Assembly (NCBI GenBank): GCA_965541615.1
Contig: CBEUCJ010000002.1
Location: forward strand, 95,795 to 159,794
From: an uncultured bacterium
Lineage (GTDB): Bacteria > Omnitrophota > Gorgyraeia > Duberdicusellales > CBEUCJ01
Reading direction: 5' to 3'
Length of the DNA stretch: 64,000 nucleotides
The translations under genes were made by a program, and so were the position numbers. Shown piece by piece: positions 1-8,575 of the stretch; the stretch's first letter is position 1; each line of letters opens with the position of its first letter. Under the pieces are notes generated by a model, which saw only the letters and a program-made list of their open reading frames with translations, did no database searches and was not told the origin of the DNA.

Positions 1-463
1 TGCTATTCCGCGCCGTAATTTTTTAGGAAATCGTTGGATAAGATATGGTGGGTTTTATCCTTCTGCTCAACTTAAGCTTTTTAGAAAAGATAAATTTAGA
101 TGGGAAGAAGCCGAAGTCCATCCAAGAGCTTTTCTTGAAGGAAAGTGCGGGCGTTTAAAAAAAGACTTACTTCATTACACATATAAAGATTTTTCAGATG
201 TTTTAAAAAAATTAAACCACCAGACTACACTTGAAGCAAAAAAATGGTTCAGAATCTATAAAGAAAATCCTAAGAAAGCTCATTACAAAATGAATTTCTT
301 TCATGTACTTTGGAGAATGTTAGATAGATTTATAAGAAGTTTTATAATTAAGAAAGGCTTTAAAGATGGATTTTTAGGGTTTGTGATAGCTGTAAATTCT
401 TCTTTATACCAATTACTTTCGTATGTTAAATATAAAGAATTGAGAGAAAATTATGAAAAATGA
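1..463 (+). CDS. Glycosyltransferase family 2, C-terminal part (5'-truncated by window edge)
   Basis: Frame ending at TGA 461-463 translates to ...RYGGFYPSAQLKLFRKDKFRWEEAEVHPRAF..., the typical C-terminal region of LPS-core type GT2 enzymes. It overlaps the next start with ATGA-like coupling. Confidence 0.5.
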   Translation, partial: AIPRRNFLGNRWIRYGGFYPSAQLKLFRKDKFRWEEAEVHPRAFLEGKCGRLKKDLLHYTYKDFSDVLKKLNHQTTLEAKKWFRIYKENPKKAHYKMNFFHVLWRMLDRFIRSFIIKKGFKDGFLGFVIAVNSSLYQLLSYVKYKELRENYEK

Positions 464-1031
464 AAATAAAGATATTCAACTGGTAGTTTTCTTAGATAGA
501 GATGGAGTAATAAACAAGTTCCCTGGCAGAGGAGAGTATGTCAAAAATTGGAAAGAGTTTGAGTTTTTGCCAGGTGTTTTTGAAGCTTTAAAAGCTTTGA
601 AAGAAAAAGGTGCAAAGATTTTTATAATCTCTAACCAAGCAGGTGTAGGTAAAGGAATTTATTCACAAAAAGACTTAGAATTGATAACTGAAAATATGCT
701 GAAAGAATTGCGTTCTGAAGGAATAGAGTTAGATGGTGTATTTTATTGCACTCATTCTCCTGAAGAAAACTGTGAGTGTAGAAAACCTAAAACCAGACTT
801 TTAGAGAGAGCTGTCCAATCTTTAGGAGAAGTAAAAATTTTAAGGAAAATATTTATAGGTGATTCTATAAGGGATATAAAGACAGCAAGAAATTTTGGAT
901 GTATAGGAATTTTAGTTTTAAGTGGACAAGAAAGTTTAGAAAATAAATCTCAGTGGGAGATAGAACCAGATTTTGTTTTCAAGGATTTAAAAGCAGCAGT
1001 TAACTTTATCTTAAATTCTTTTTTTGATTGA
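453..1031 (+). CDS. gmhB: D-glycero-D-manno-heptose 1,7-bisphosphate phosphatase (HAD superfamily, GmhB-like)
   Basis: HAD motif I FLDRDGVIN is present. A Cys-x-His...Cys-x-Cys-RKP zinc motif (CTHSPEENCECRKP) and GDSIRDI motif III follow. Length 192 aa. Confidence 0.8.
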   Translation: MKNENKDIQLVVFLDRDGVINKFPGRGEYVKNWKEFEFLPGVFEALKALKEKGAKIFIISNQAGVGKGIYSQKDLELITENMLKELRSEGIELDGVFYCTHSPEENCECRKPKTRLLERAVQSLGEVKILRKIFIGDSIRDIKTARNFGCIGILVLSGQESLENKSQWEIEPDFVFKDLKAAVNFILNSFFD

Positions 1032-2086
1032 AGAAAGTGCAAGATACTTGGATAATTTACGCTTCTTGTGGGAGAGGGCATTTTTATGTAGCTCAAAGTA
1101 TAAGAGAATCTTTTGAAGAATCTGAGTTTATAAATATTTTAGACTATAATCCTATTTTTAAATTTTTTTATCAAGGAGGGTATGAGTTTATATTAAAAAA
1201 ATTCCCTTTTCTTTGGGATCTAATATTTAAAATTACTGATATTTATACTCCCTTCTTTGATTTTTTAAGAGTTAAATTAGAAAGGTTTTTATTGAAAGAT
1301 TTTTTAAAAGAAATAGAAAAATATTCACCTCGCAGAATAATACTAACACATTTTCTTCCTTTAGAGATCCTTTCTTCAGACCATTTCTCAAAGATAGAAG
1401 TCTATTGCTTTATAACTGACTACTATCCTCACAGATTCTGGATAAATGAGAAGGTAAAGACTTATTTTGTTGGAAGTAATTTTACTAAAAAGGAATTAGA
1501 AAAAAGAGGAATTCCTTCTGATAAGATAATTGTGTCTGGTATTCCTATAAGAAGAGGATTTAAAAATTCTAATATTAAGGAAGAGAAAAATTCTATTTTA
1601 ATATTCTCAGGAATATTTTCTTTTAAACCTATATTAAAGATTATAGAGTCTTTGAAAAATACGAAGTTTAAAATATACCTTCTATTGTATAAAGAACACT
1701 TTTTTCTTTTTAAAAAACTCAAGAAAAAATTTAATAACTTACAGATATTTTTTCATACACAGGATATTTACCCTTTAATGCAAAAAGCAGAGTTCATAGT
1801 CTCAAAACCAGGAGGTAGCACTATTTCAGAAGCACTTTATCTTAAAAAAATCTGTATTTTTTTTGATATAATTGGAGGACAAGAGAAGAAAAATTTAGAG
1901 TTCATTAAAAAATATAATTTAGGGATAGTTTTAAAAGATTTTTCTCAATTGGAAAGCATTCTTAGTACTTTGAATTCTGAAAAAATAGACTTTATCAAAA
2001 AAAATATAGAAAATTTTTTAAATGAACATACAAAAGAAGATTTAAAGACCCTTATTTTAAAAAATGATAGCCCAAGTAGTATTTAA
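1028..2086 (+). CDS. Glycosyltransferase of the MGDG-synthase/UgtP/MurG (GT28) family
   Basis: N-terminal ASCGRGHFYVAQSI resembles the GxGH motif of MGDG synthase/UgtP. C-terminal VSKPGGSTISEAL...IIGGQEKKNLEFI matches the GT28 C-terminal donor-binding region. Confidence 0.55.
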   Translation: MKKVQDTWIIYASCGRGHFYVAQSIRESFEESEFINILDYNPIFKFFYQGGYEFILKKFPFLWDLIFKITDIYTPFFDFLRVKLERFLLKDFLKEIEKYSPRRIILTHFLPLEILSSDHFSKIEVYCFITDYYPHRFWINEKVKTYFVGSNFTKKELEKRGIPSDKIIVSGIPIRRGFKNSNIKEEKNSILIFSGIFSFKPILKIIESLKNTKFKIYLLLYKEHFFLFKKLKKKFNNLQIFFHTQDIYPLMQKAEFIVSKPGGSTISEALYLKKICIFFDIIGGQEKKNLEFIKKYNLGIVLKDFSQLESILSTLNSEKIDFIKKNIENFLNEHTKEDLKTLILKNDSPSSI

Positions 2087-3875
2087 CTTAGCAATTGATA
2101 AATATTTTGAATATAAAATTCCTTCAGGATTTAGAGAAAAAATAAGACCTCTTCAGAGAGTAATGGTAGAGTTCAACAATAAACAAAGATGGGGTATAGT
2201 TTTAAAAATCAAAGAAGAAACTCAAAGGAAAGAATTAAAACCCATATTAGATATTTTAGATAACACACCTATCTTAGATAATTTTGATTTAGAATTTGCC
2301 AAAAGGATTTCTAAGAACTATTTTATAAGTTTGGGTGAAGCTTTGGAATTGTTTTTACCTCCTTATTTAAGAAGGATTAAAAAAAATGAAAAAGAATTAA
2401 AAACCTTTAATTTAAATTATCAAGAATTTAAAGTAAGGTTGATTCTAAAAGAAGATAAAGAGTTATTTGAAGAATTAGAATCTGAGATTTGCAGAATAAT
2501 AAATCAGGGAAAACAAGTTTTAATAATAGTACCTCTTTATACAGATGTTCTTAAATGGCTAACTATGTTAGAAAAATTCAACGCAAATATAGCAACTTTA
2601 AGTTCAAAACAGACTCCAAAAACTTTTTTTAAAGAATGGCTAAAAATTAAAGAACAAAAAGCTCAAATAATCTTAGGTACAAGGGTAGCTATATTCTGTC
2701 CAGCCAGAAACTTAGGTTTAATAGTGGTAAATAAGGAATATTCAGATTCCTTTAAACAACAGGAAAAGCCTTTTTATAATTTAAGAGACTTAGCATTAAT
2801 GAGGGCAGAGTTGGAAAAGAAAGAAATTATTTTTGGGAGCAATCTACCTTCTTTAGAAATTTTCATGTATTTTAAAGAGAGAGGCAATTTTTTAGATAAT
2901 TTAGATAAAGATAAGAAGGTATATTTTATTGAAAAAAAGAAATATCAAACTGTAAAAAAAACAATTTTAAATCCTTTTATAGATACTCTTATAAGAAATT
3001 ATTTAGAAAATAATCAAAAAGTTACTATCCTCTTTAATAAAGCAGGGTATGCTAGGACAGTCTATTGTAAAGTTTGCGGAAGTGTTTTGAAGTGTGAAAG
3101 ATGCGGAGTAGCTTTGGTTTACCATTCTGAAAGTAAAGAGTTAGTATGTCATTTTTGTGCAAAGAGATACCCTTTTAAAGAAGAATGTCCTAAATGTGGT
3201 TCGAGTTTTGTAAGGTTTTCAGGATGGGGGATAGAAAAATTAGAAAAAGAGTTCTCCAGAATTTTTTTAGATAAAGTGGTGGTAAGATTAGATAAAGAAG
3301 AAAGAATTCTGCCTGAAGATTGGAATATTATTTTATGTACACAGATAATTTATAATTATGATTTGGAAACAGATTTATTTATAATTTTAGACATAGATAG
3401 TTTTTTAAATTTTCAAGATTTTAGAAATGCAGAAAAAGTAATGAGATTACTTTATGAGTCATTAAAGAAAACAAAAAGAGAATTAGTAGTATTTACTTCA
3501 ACACCAGATTTTTATCCTTTTAAGTATTTAAGAGATTTTGATTTAAAAGGTTTCTATGAGAAAGAAGAAGCTCTTAGAAAAGAAGCAGGTCTTCCTCCTT
3601 TTGGTCATGTTTGTTTAGTAAGATTTAGAGCTAAAAAGCCTTCTGCTTCTTTAAAAAAAGCTGAGCAGTTCTATGATTTTTTAAAAGAAAGATATCCTTT
3701 TATAGAAATATTTACTCCTTCTTTTAGTTTTCCTTTTAAATTAAGAGGAAAATTCAGATGGCAGATATTATTAAAGTACTCAAATATAAAAATTTTAAGA
3801 AAGGCTGTTACAGAAGTTTTGAATAAAGTTAAACCTTCAGCTGTGAAAATAAGTATAGAGATAGATTTAGAATGA
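2064..3875 (+). CDS. priA: Primosomal protein N' (PriA) homolog with degenerate helicase motifs
   Basis: Collinear with PriA: IILGTRVAIFCPARNLGLIVVNKEYSDSFKQQEKPFYNLRDLALMRA corresponds to PriA IVIGTRSALF..NLG.IVIDEEHDSSYKQQE. A Cys4/Cys4 zinc cluster (CKVCGS...CERCG...CHFC...CPKCGS) is present. No GxGKT P-loop precedes QGKQVLIIVP, and DEEH is replaced by NKEY. Confidence 0.75.
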   Translation: MIAQVVFNLAIDKYFEYKIPSGFREKIRPLQRVMVEFNNKQRWGIVLKIKEETQRKELKPILDILDNTPILDNFDLEFAKRISKNYFISLGEALELFLPPYLRRIKKNEKELKTFNLNYQEFKVRLILKEDKELFEELESEICRIINQGKQVLIIVPLYTDVLKWLTMLEKFNANIATLSSKQTPKTFFKEWLKIKEQKAQIILGTRVAIFCPARNLGLIVVNKEYSDSFKQQEKPFYNLRDLALMRAELEKKEIIFGSNLPSLEIFMYFKERGNFLDNLDKDKKVYFIEKKKYQTVKKTILNPFIDTLIRNYLENNQKVTILFNKAGYARTVYCKVCGSVLKCERCGVALVYHSESKELVCHFCAKRYPFKEECPKCGSSFVRFSGWGIEKLEKEFSRIFLDKVVVRLDKEERILPEDWNIILCTQIIYNYDLETDLFIILDIDSFLNFQDFRNAEKVMRLLYESLKKTKRELVVFTSTPDFYPFKYLRDFDLKGFYEKEEALRKEAGLPPFGHVCLVRFRAKKPSASLKKAEQFYDFLKERYPFIEIFTPSFSFPFKLRGKFRWQILLKYSNIKILRKAVTEVLNKVKPSAVKISIEIDLE

Positions 3876-4822
3876 AAGTAGTATTTTTTGGTTCCACAGA
3901 ATACTCTGTTGAGATTTTAAAAAAATTAAAAGAGTTAAATCATCGACTCATTGTATTCTGTCCTCCAGATAAAAGAAAAGGAAGGCATTTAAAACTAAAA
4001 CCTTCTCCTGTAAAGCTTTTTTGTCTGGAAAATGAAATTGAATTTTTTCAACCCCAAGATATTAACTCTCAACAGAATTTAGAAATTTTAAAAAAATTTT
4101 CTCCTGATATCTTTCTTGTATGTGAGTACGGTCAAATATTTGGAAAAGAAATCTTAAAGATACCAAAGATTTTACCTATAAATATTCATTTATCTTTACT
4201 TCCAAAGTATAGAGGGGCTGCTCCTGTAAATTGGGCAATAATAAAAGGAGAGACTCAAACAGGGATAACTTTTCATAGAATAACACTAAAAGTAGATGCT
4301 GGAGAAATTATCTATCAAGAAAAGTTTCCTATAGAGATTAAAGAGAGTTCTTTGAGTCTGCATTCAAAATTGATAAAAAGAGTAACCCAAATTCTACCTC
4401 ATTTTTTGGAAAGTTTAGAGAAAGGAAATTTTAGATTGATTCCTCAAGATGAAAAAGAAGCCAGTTACGCTCCACGTTTAAAAAAGGAAGATGGTTTAAT
4501 TGATTGGTATGATACAAATATCAATATCTTTAATAAAATTAGAGGACTTTTACCTTGGCCTACAGCTTTTAGTTATTTAGAAACAGGTCTCTTAATAAAA
4601 TTTTTTAAAGCTGATTTGTCTAATGAGAATTTCAAAGATTTTTCTCCATCTCAGATAGTAGAAGTTAAAAAAGATTCATTTAAAATAAAGTGTGGAAAAG
4701 GAAATATTGAGATTTTAGAATTACAACCTGCTTCAAAAAGAGTAATGACAGCTAAGGAATTTATATGTGGATATAGGATAAAGCCTGGTTTGAAATTTAT
4801 AGGGAAAAATATTCAAGATTGA
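3872..4822 (+). CDS. fmt: Methionyl-tRNA formyltransferase
   Basis: Formyltransferase core NIHLSLLPKYRGAAPVNWAIIKGETQTGITFH with a C-terminal Fmt domain. Conserved position downstream of priA. Confidence 0.9.
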   Translation: MKVVFFGSTEYSVEILKKLKELNHRLIVFCPPDKRKGRHLKLKPSPVKLFCLENEIEFFQPQDINSQQNLEILKKFSPDIFLVCEYGQIFGKEILKIPKILPINIHLSLLPKYRGAAPVNWAIIKGETQTGITFHRITLKVDAGEIIYQEKFPIEIKESSLSLHSKLIKRVTQILPHFLESLEKGNFRLIPQDEKEASYAPRLKKEDGLIDWYDTNINIFNKIRGLLPWPTAFSYLETGLLIKFFKADLSNENFKDFSPSQIVEVKKDSFKIKCGKGNIEILELQPASKRVMTAKEFICGYRIKPGLKFIGKNIQD

Positions 4823-4868
4823 TTTTTTGGAAAAACTTTGATAAATTATATAGTATCTTTTTCAAAAA

Positions 4869-4941
4869 GGGCCCGTAGCTCAATTGGCAGAGCAGCTGAC
4901 TCATAATCAGCGGGTTGGAGGTTCGAGTCCTCCCGGGCCCA
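4869..4941 (+). tRNA. tRNA with CAT anticodon (Met or lysidine-modified Ile2; elongator-type)
   Basis: Hand-folded cloverleaf: acceptor GGGCCCG/CGGGCCC, anticodon stem GCTGA/TCAGC, loop CTCATAA, T-loop TTCGAGT. The G1-C72 pair means it is not an initiator. 73 nt, no encoded CCA. Confidence 0.85.
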
Positions 4942-4963
4942 GTATAAATTTATTTATAGAAAT

Positions 4964-5037
4964 GGGCGATTAGCTCAGTTGGATAGAGCGCCACCTTCAC
5001 AAGGTGGAGGTCACCCGTTCAAGTCGGGTATCGCCCA
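4964..5037 (+). tRNA. tRNA-Val (anticodon CAC)
   Basis: Acceptor GGGCGAT/ATCGCCC, anticodon stem CCACC/GGTGG with loop TTCACAA, T-arm ACCCG-TTCAAGT-CGGGT. 74 nt. Confidence 0.85.
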
Positions 5038-5054
5038 TTTTGAAATTTCTTTTA

Positions 5055-5771
5055 ATGAATCTTAAAGAAGAACTAAGAAAGTTAACAGAATTACAGGAGA
5101 TAGATAAAGAGATTTTTAAATTAAAAGCAAAAATTAAAGAGATTCCAGAAAAAATAGAAAAGATCAATCAGGAATTTGAATTAAAAAAAGAAGATTATAA
5201 AAAGTTAGAAGAAGAAGTTAAGAAATTAAAATTAACACACAAAGATAGAGAGTTAGAGTTATCTTCTAAAGAAGAACAACTTCGAAAAGCTCAATCTCAA
5301 CTTTATCAGATTAAGACTAACCAAGAATACCAAGCTAAATTGAAAGAGATAGAAGGAATTAAAGCAGATTGCTCTGTGATAGAGGAAAAAATAATTTTAC
5401 TTTTAGATGAGATAGAAGAAGCAGAAAAAAAGTTGAAATCTGAGTTAGAAGTTTTAAAGAAAGAAGAAGAAGAAAAAAATAGAAAAGTACAAGATCTCCA
5501 GAAAGAAGCTGAGAAGCTAAGAGAAGAATTAAAAATTTTAGAGGATAAAAGAAAATCAAAAGTTTTACACATAGATAAAGAAATTTTAAATGAATATGAA
5601 AAGCTATTAGAACATAGACAAGGATTAGCTATTGTGCCAGTAAAAAATTTTATATGCACAGGATGTAATATGAGTATACCTCCTCAGGTAGTCAATGAGA
5701 TAAAAATGTATAAAAAGTTAGTACACTGTGAGATGTGCGCCCGTATTCTTTATATTGAAGAGGAGTTGTAA
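5055..5771 (+). CDS. COG1579-family coiled-coil protein with C-terminal C4 zinc ribbon
   Basis: Long K/E-rich coiled coil followed by CTGCNMSIP...CEMCARILY (two CxxC pairs). Start moved to ATG 5055 because the track start at 5004 lies inside tRNA-Val. Confidence 0.7.
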   Translation: MNLKEELRKLTELQEIDKEIFKLKAKIKEIPEKIEKINQEFELKKEDYKKLEEEVKKLKLTHKDRELELSSKEEQLRKAQSQLYQIKTNQEYQAKLKEIEGIKADCSVIEEKIILLLDEIEEAEKKLKSELEVLKKEEEEKNRKVQDLQKEAEKLREELKILEDKRKSKVLHIDKEILNEYEKLLEHRQGLAIVPVKNFICTGCNMSIPPQVVNEIKMYKKLVHCEMCARILYIEEEL

Positions 5772-6173
5772 ATGGTAAAAGTATTTATAGATGGAGCTTC
5801 AAAAAATAATCCAGGACCTAGTGGAGCTGGCATTGTTCTTTATGAAAATGGCAAAAAAATAAAAGAGCTTTCTGTATTTTTGGGAGAGACTACCAATAAT
5901 TGTGCTGAATATCTCTCTTTAATCTTAGGTTTACAAGAAGTAATAAAGTTAGGAAAAAAAAGAGCTGAATTTTATTCAGATAGTCAACTTTTGGTAAATC
6001 AGATCAAAGGTGTTTATAAAGTTAGAGATGAAAAATTATCTTTACTGAAAATAATAGCTGAAAATTTGATTTTAAGTTTAGAAGAATTTAATATAAAATT
6101 TATAGATAGAGAAAAGAACAAAGAAGCTGATAACTTAGCGAACCAGGCTTTTATTAAAAAAGGAGGTGAGTAA
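5772..6173 (+). CDS. RNase H-like (type 1) domain protein
   Basis: [17 protein letters not shown]...ETTNNCAEY...YSDSQLLV...[12 protein letters not shown] matches the RNase HI fold and its catalytic D/E/D/D positions. Classic partner gene of COG1579 proteins. Confidence 0.7.
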   Translation: MVKVFIDGASKNNPGPSGAGIVLYENGKKIKELSVFLGETTNNCAEYLSLILGLQEVIKLGKKRAEFYSDSQLLVNQIKGVYKVRDEKLSLLKIIAENLILSLEEFNIKFIDREKNKEADNLANQAFIKKGGE

Positions 6174-6175
6174 AG

Positions 6176-6937
6176 TTGAGTGGACATTCAAAATGGGCAT
6201 CTATAAAACATAAAAAACAAGCTCAAGATGCTAAACGTGGTAAACTATTTACTAAATTAATAAGAGAAATAACAGTCGCTGCTAGAGAAGGCGGAGGTAA
6301 CCCTGATACAAATCCTAGGCTTAGACAGGCTATAGAAAGGGCAAAAGAAGCAAATATGCCTCAAGAGAATATAATCAGAGCTATAAAAAGAGGTACAGGT
6401 GAAATCCCAGGAGTAAGTTATGAGCAGGTAATTTATGAATGCTATGGACCTCAAGGAGTAGCTATTTTAATTGAAGCTCTCACTGATAATAAAAATAGGA
6501 CTTCTGCTGAAATAAGAAGCATTTTAACAAAAAAAGGTGGAAATATGGCTTCACCAGGAGCTGTCTCTTGGATGTTCCAGAGGAAAGGGTATATTTTGGT
6601 AGAGAAAGATAAGGTAGATGAAGAAACTCTAATGGAAGTAAGTATTGAGGCAGGTGCAGAAGATATTAAATCTGAAGGAAAAAATTATGAGATAATTACC
6701 TCTCCTCAAGATTTTGAGAAAGTTAAAAATTCTTTGAAAGAAAAAAATATACCTATAAGTTCAGCTGAGATTACAATGATTCCTACTAGTACTATAAGAG
6801 TTACAGGTCAAGCTGCCAAACAAGTTTTAGCTTTGGTAGAAAGTTTAGAGGATCATGATGATGTTCAAAATGTTTACTCAAATTTTGACATTCCAGAAGA
6901 AGAGTTAGAGAGTTTAGCTCAGAGTTTGAAAGAATGA
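6176..6937 (+). CDS. yebC: YebC/PmpR-family transcriptional regulatory protein
   Basis: TTG start with RBS AAAGGAGGTGAG upstream. [14 protein letters not shown]...[16 protein letters not shown] is near-identical to the YebC family N-terminus. Conserved yebC-ruvC-ruvA synteny. Confidence 0.9.
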   Translation: MSGHSKWASIKHKKQAQDAKRGKLFTKLIREITVAAREGGGNPDTNPRLRQAIERAKEANMPQENIIRAIKRGTGEIPGVSYEQVIYECYGPQGVAILIEALTDNKNRTSAEIRSILTKKGGNMASPGAVSWMFQRKGYILVEKDKVDEETLMEVSIEAGAEDIKSEGKNYEIITSPQDFEKVKNSLKEKNIPISSAEITMIPTSTIRVTGQAAKQVLALVESLEDHDDVQNVYSNFDIPEEELESLAQSLKE

Positions 6938-6943
6938 AATTTA

Positions 6944-7429
6944 ATGAAAATTTTAGCAGTAGACCCTGCTCTTAGCACTTCAGGCTTTGCAGTCTTAGAA
7001 TTTGATGAGAAGAATAAAAAGATTTATCTTAGAGAAGCAGGATTAGTAAAGACGACTTCTAAAAATTCTTTGCCTGACAGATTAAGAAAAATTTATGAGA
7101 AATTTAAAGAGATAATAGATAAATATAAACCTGAAATCTTACTATTAGAAAAGTTTTATACACATTTAAGACATCCTTTAACTGTTGCAATGTTGAGTAA
7201 GGCAAAAGGGATATTAATGCTGTTAGCTTCTCAAAATAACATAGAAGTTTTGGAGTTATCTACTACACATGTAAAGAAAGCTTTAACTGGCAAAGGAAAT
7301 GCCAAAAAATATCAAATTAAAAGAATGGTAGAATTTTTTTTAAAAAAGAAAATATCTTCACAACATATATCTGATGCTTTGGCACTGGCTTTAGCTTACT
7401 TGAATATGAAAAAATGTTTTGTAGGATAA
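6944..7429 (+). CDS. ruvC: Crossover junction endodeoxyribonuclease RuvC
   Basis: MKILAVDPALSTSGFAV... RNase H-like fold with the catalytic D at position 7. 161 aa. Synteny with yebC and ruvA. Confidence 0.9.
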   Translation: MKILAVDPALSTSGFAVLEFDEKNKKIYLREAGLVKTTSKNSLPDRLRKIYEKFKEIIDKYKPEILLLEKFYTHLRHPLTVAMLSKAKGILMLLASQNNIEVLELSTTHVKKALTGKGNAKKYQIKRMVEFFLKKKISSQHISDALALALAYLNMKKCFVG

Positions 7430-8031
7430 AAGGAAAGATAAAAGTAAAGACACCTGAAAAAGTAATTTTAGAAAATAAGGGAATTTCTTACGAAATTTTA
7501 ATCTCTCCTTTGACTTCCCAAAAATTAGAAAATTTAGACCTTTCTCAAGAAATAGAATTAATAATTTATAGTTATTTTATTTTGCAAAAAAATTTAGCTA
7601 AACCTGTATTTATAGGGTTTTTAAATGAATTAGAGAAGGAATTTTTTGAATTGTTTATTTCTATCTCAGGAATAGGTCCAAAGAATGCTTTAAAAGCACT
7701 CTCTAAACCTATATCTGAGATAGCCAGAAATATAGAGAATGAAGATTTAGAAGCTTTGAAAAAACTCCCTCATATAGGTGTTCAAAAATCTAAAGAAATA
7801 ATAGCTAAGTTAAAAGGGAAAGTATCCAGATTTATGCTTATTAAAGACGAAGGTATAAAGATTGAGAAGGAAAAGATTAAAGAAGAAATAGTCCAAGAAG
7901 CTTTTCAGATACTCTTGCAACTTCAATATAAAAAATCAGAAGCAAAGAGTTTAATAGAAAAAGCTTTAAAATCGAAGAAAGAATTTAATTCTACTCAGGA
8001 GCTTTTAAATGAAATCTACAGAGTTATCTAA
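7414..8031 (+). CDS. ruvA: Holliday junction DNA helicase subunit RuvA
   Basis: OB-fold N-terminus. Helix-hairpin-helix ISGIGPKNALKAL and LPHIGVQKSKEI. C-terminal domain III. No ruvB follows. Confidence 0.8.
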   Translation: MFCRIKGKIKVKTPEKVILENKGISYEILISPLTSQKLENLDLSQEIELIIYSYFILQKNLAKPVFIGFLNELEKEFFELFISISGIGPKNALKALSKPISEIARNIENEDLEALKKLPHIGVQKSKEIIAKLKGKVSRFMLIKDEGIKIEKEKIKEEIVQEAFQILLQLQYKKSEAKSLIEKALKSKKEFNSTQELLNEIYRVI

Positions 8032-8575
8032 AGAGTTGCTTAAAAAAACTGTAGAAGGTATTTTATTTTTGTCAGATAAACCTGTAAAATTAGAAGATTT
8101 AGTTTCCAATTTAAAAGCTCCTTTTACACTTATAAAACAAATTTTAGAAGAACTTAAAACTGAGTATTTTAATTCTCAAAGAGGAATAAGAATTACTGAA
8201 GTAGCAGGTGGTTTTAGGATGGAAACAGTCCCTGAAATTGCTCAGAATGTTAAAAATTATTTTTCTTTACAAAATAAAAAAAGGCTTTCAAAATCATCTT
8301 TAGAAGTGTTAGCTATTATAGCTTACAAAGGCCCTGTGACTAAAAAAGATATTGAAATAATAAGAGGAGTAAATTGCGATGGTGCAATAAAAAGACTTTT
8401 GGAACTAGAATTGATAAAAGTCGCAGGTAGAAAAAAAGCTCCTGGAAGACCTCTTTTATTTAAAACTACAGATAAATTTTTAGAATACTTTGGTTTAAGA
8501 AGTTTAGAAGATTTACCACCTTTAAAAGGAGAGGTTTCGGATGCCCTTAAAGAAATTGCGCCAACAAATAGATAA
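8009..8575 (+). CDS. scpB: Segregation and condensation protein B
   Basis: Tandem winged-helix protein: EGILFLSDKPV...SSLEVLAIIAYKGPVTKKDIEIIRGV...GRPLLFKTTDKFLEYFGL. Typical ScpB. Confidence 0.85.
   Translation: MKSTELSKELLKKTVEGILFLSDKPVKLEDLVSNLKAPFTLIKQILEELKTEYFNSQRGIRITEVAGGFRMETVPEIAQNVKNYFSLQNKKRLSKSSLEVLAIIAYKGPVTKKDIEIIRGVNCDGAIKRLLELELIKVAGRKKAPGRPLLFKTTDKFLEYFGLRSLEDLPPLKGEVSDALKEIAPTNR

Noticed and set aside
1462-1722. Numerous 60-150 aa ORFs on the minus strand embedded opposite well-supported genes (e.g. 1462-1722, 5306-5659, 5359-5559, 6257-6454, 10413-10631, 11762-12160, 13954-14151, 16142-16372, 19354-19584, 21730-21930, 26562-26858, 27222-27700, 28337-28632, 29318-29779, 31435-31734, 33232-33627, 35851-36221, 36648-36842, 37161-37427, 37826-38038, 38392-38670, 40140-40325, 40997-41389, 46743-47000, 48005-48232, 49398-49652, 50136-50318, 51476-51703, 53664-54202, 54754-54966, 56035-56220, 56330-56533, 56860-57223, 57821-58141, 59086-59472, 60129-60467, 61544-61753, 61973-62161, 63259-63459)
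   Set aside because: They are antisense to conserved housekeeping genes. They are low-complexity (S/F/L/K-rich from an AT-rich antisense strand), lack RBSs and have no recognisable domains, so they are expected as chance ORFs in a 30% GC genome. The ORFs at 56035-56220 and 56330-56533 also run through tRNA genes.
4823-4868. Promoter for the tRNA-Met/tRNA-Val pair (TTGATA...TATAGT-like hexamers)
   Set aside because: Candidate hexamers are present, but the spacing is about 12-13 nt and multiple alternative AT-rich matches exist, so the evidence is too weak to call.
5004-5054. ORF-track start of the zinc-ribbon protein at 5004 (MEVTRSSRVSPILKF...)
   Set aside because: The first 34 nt lie inside tRNA-Val (4964-5037). 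The next in-frame ATG at 5055 gives a sensible N-terminus (MNLKEELRKL...).
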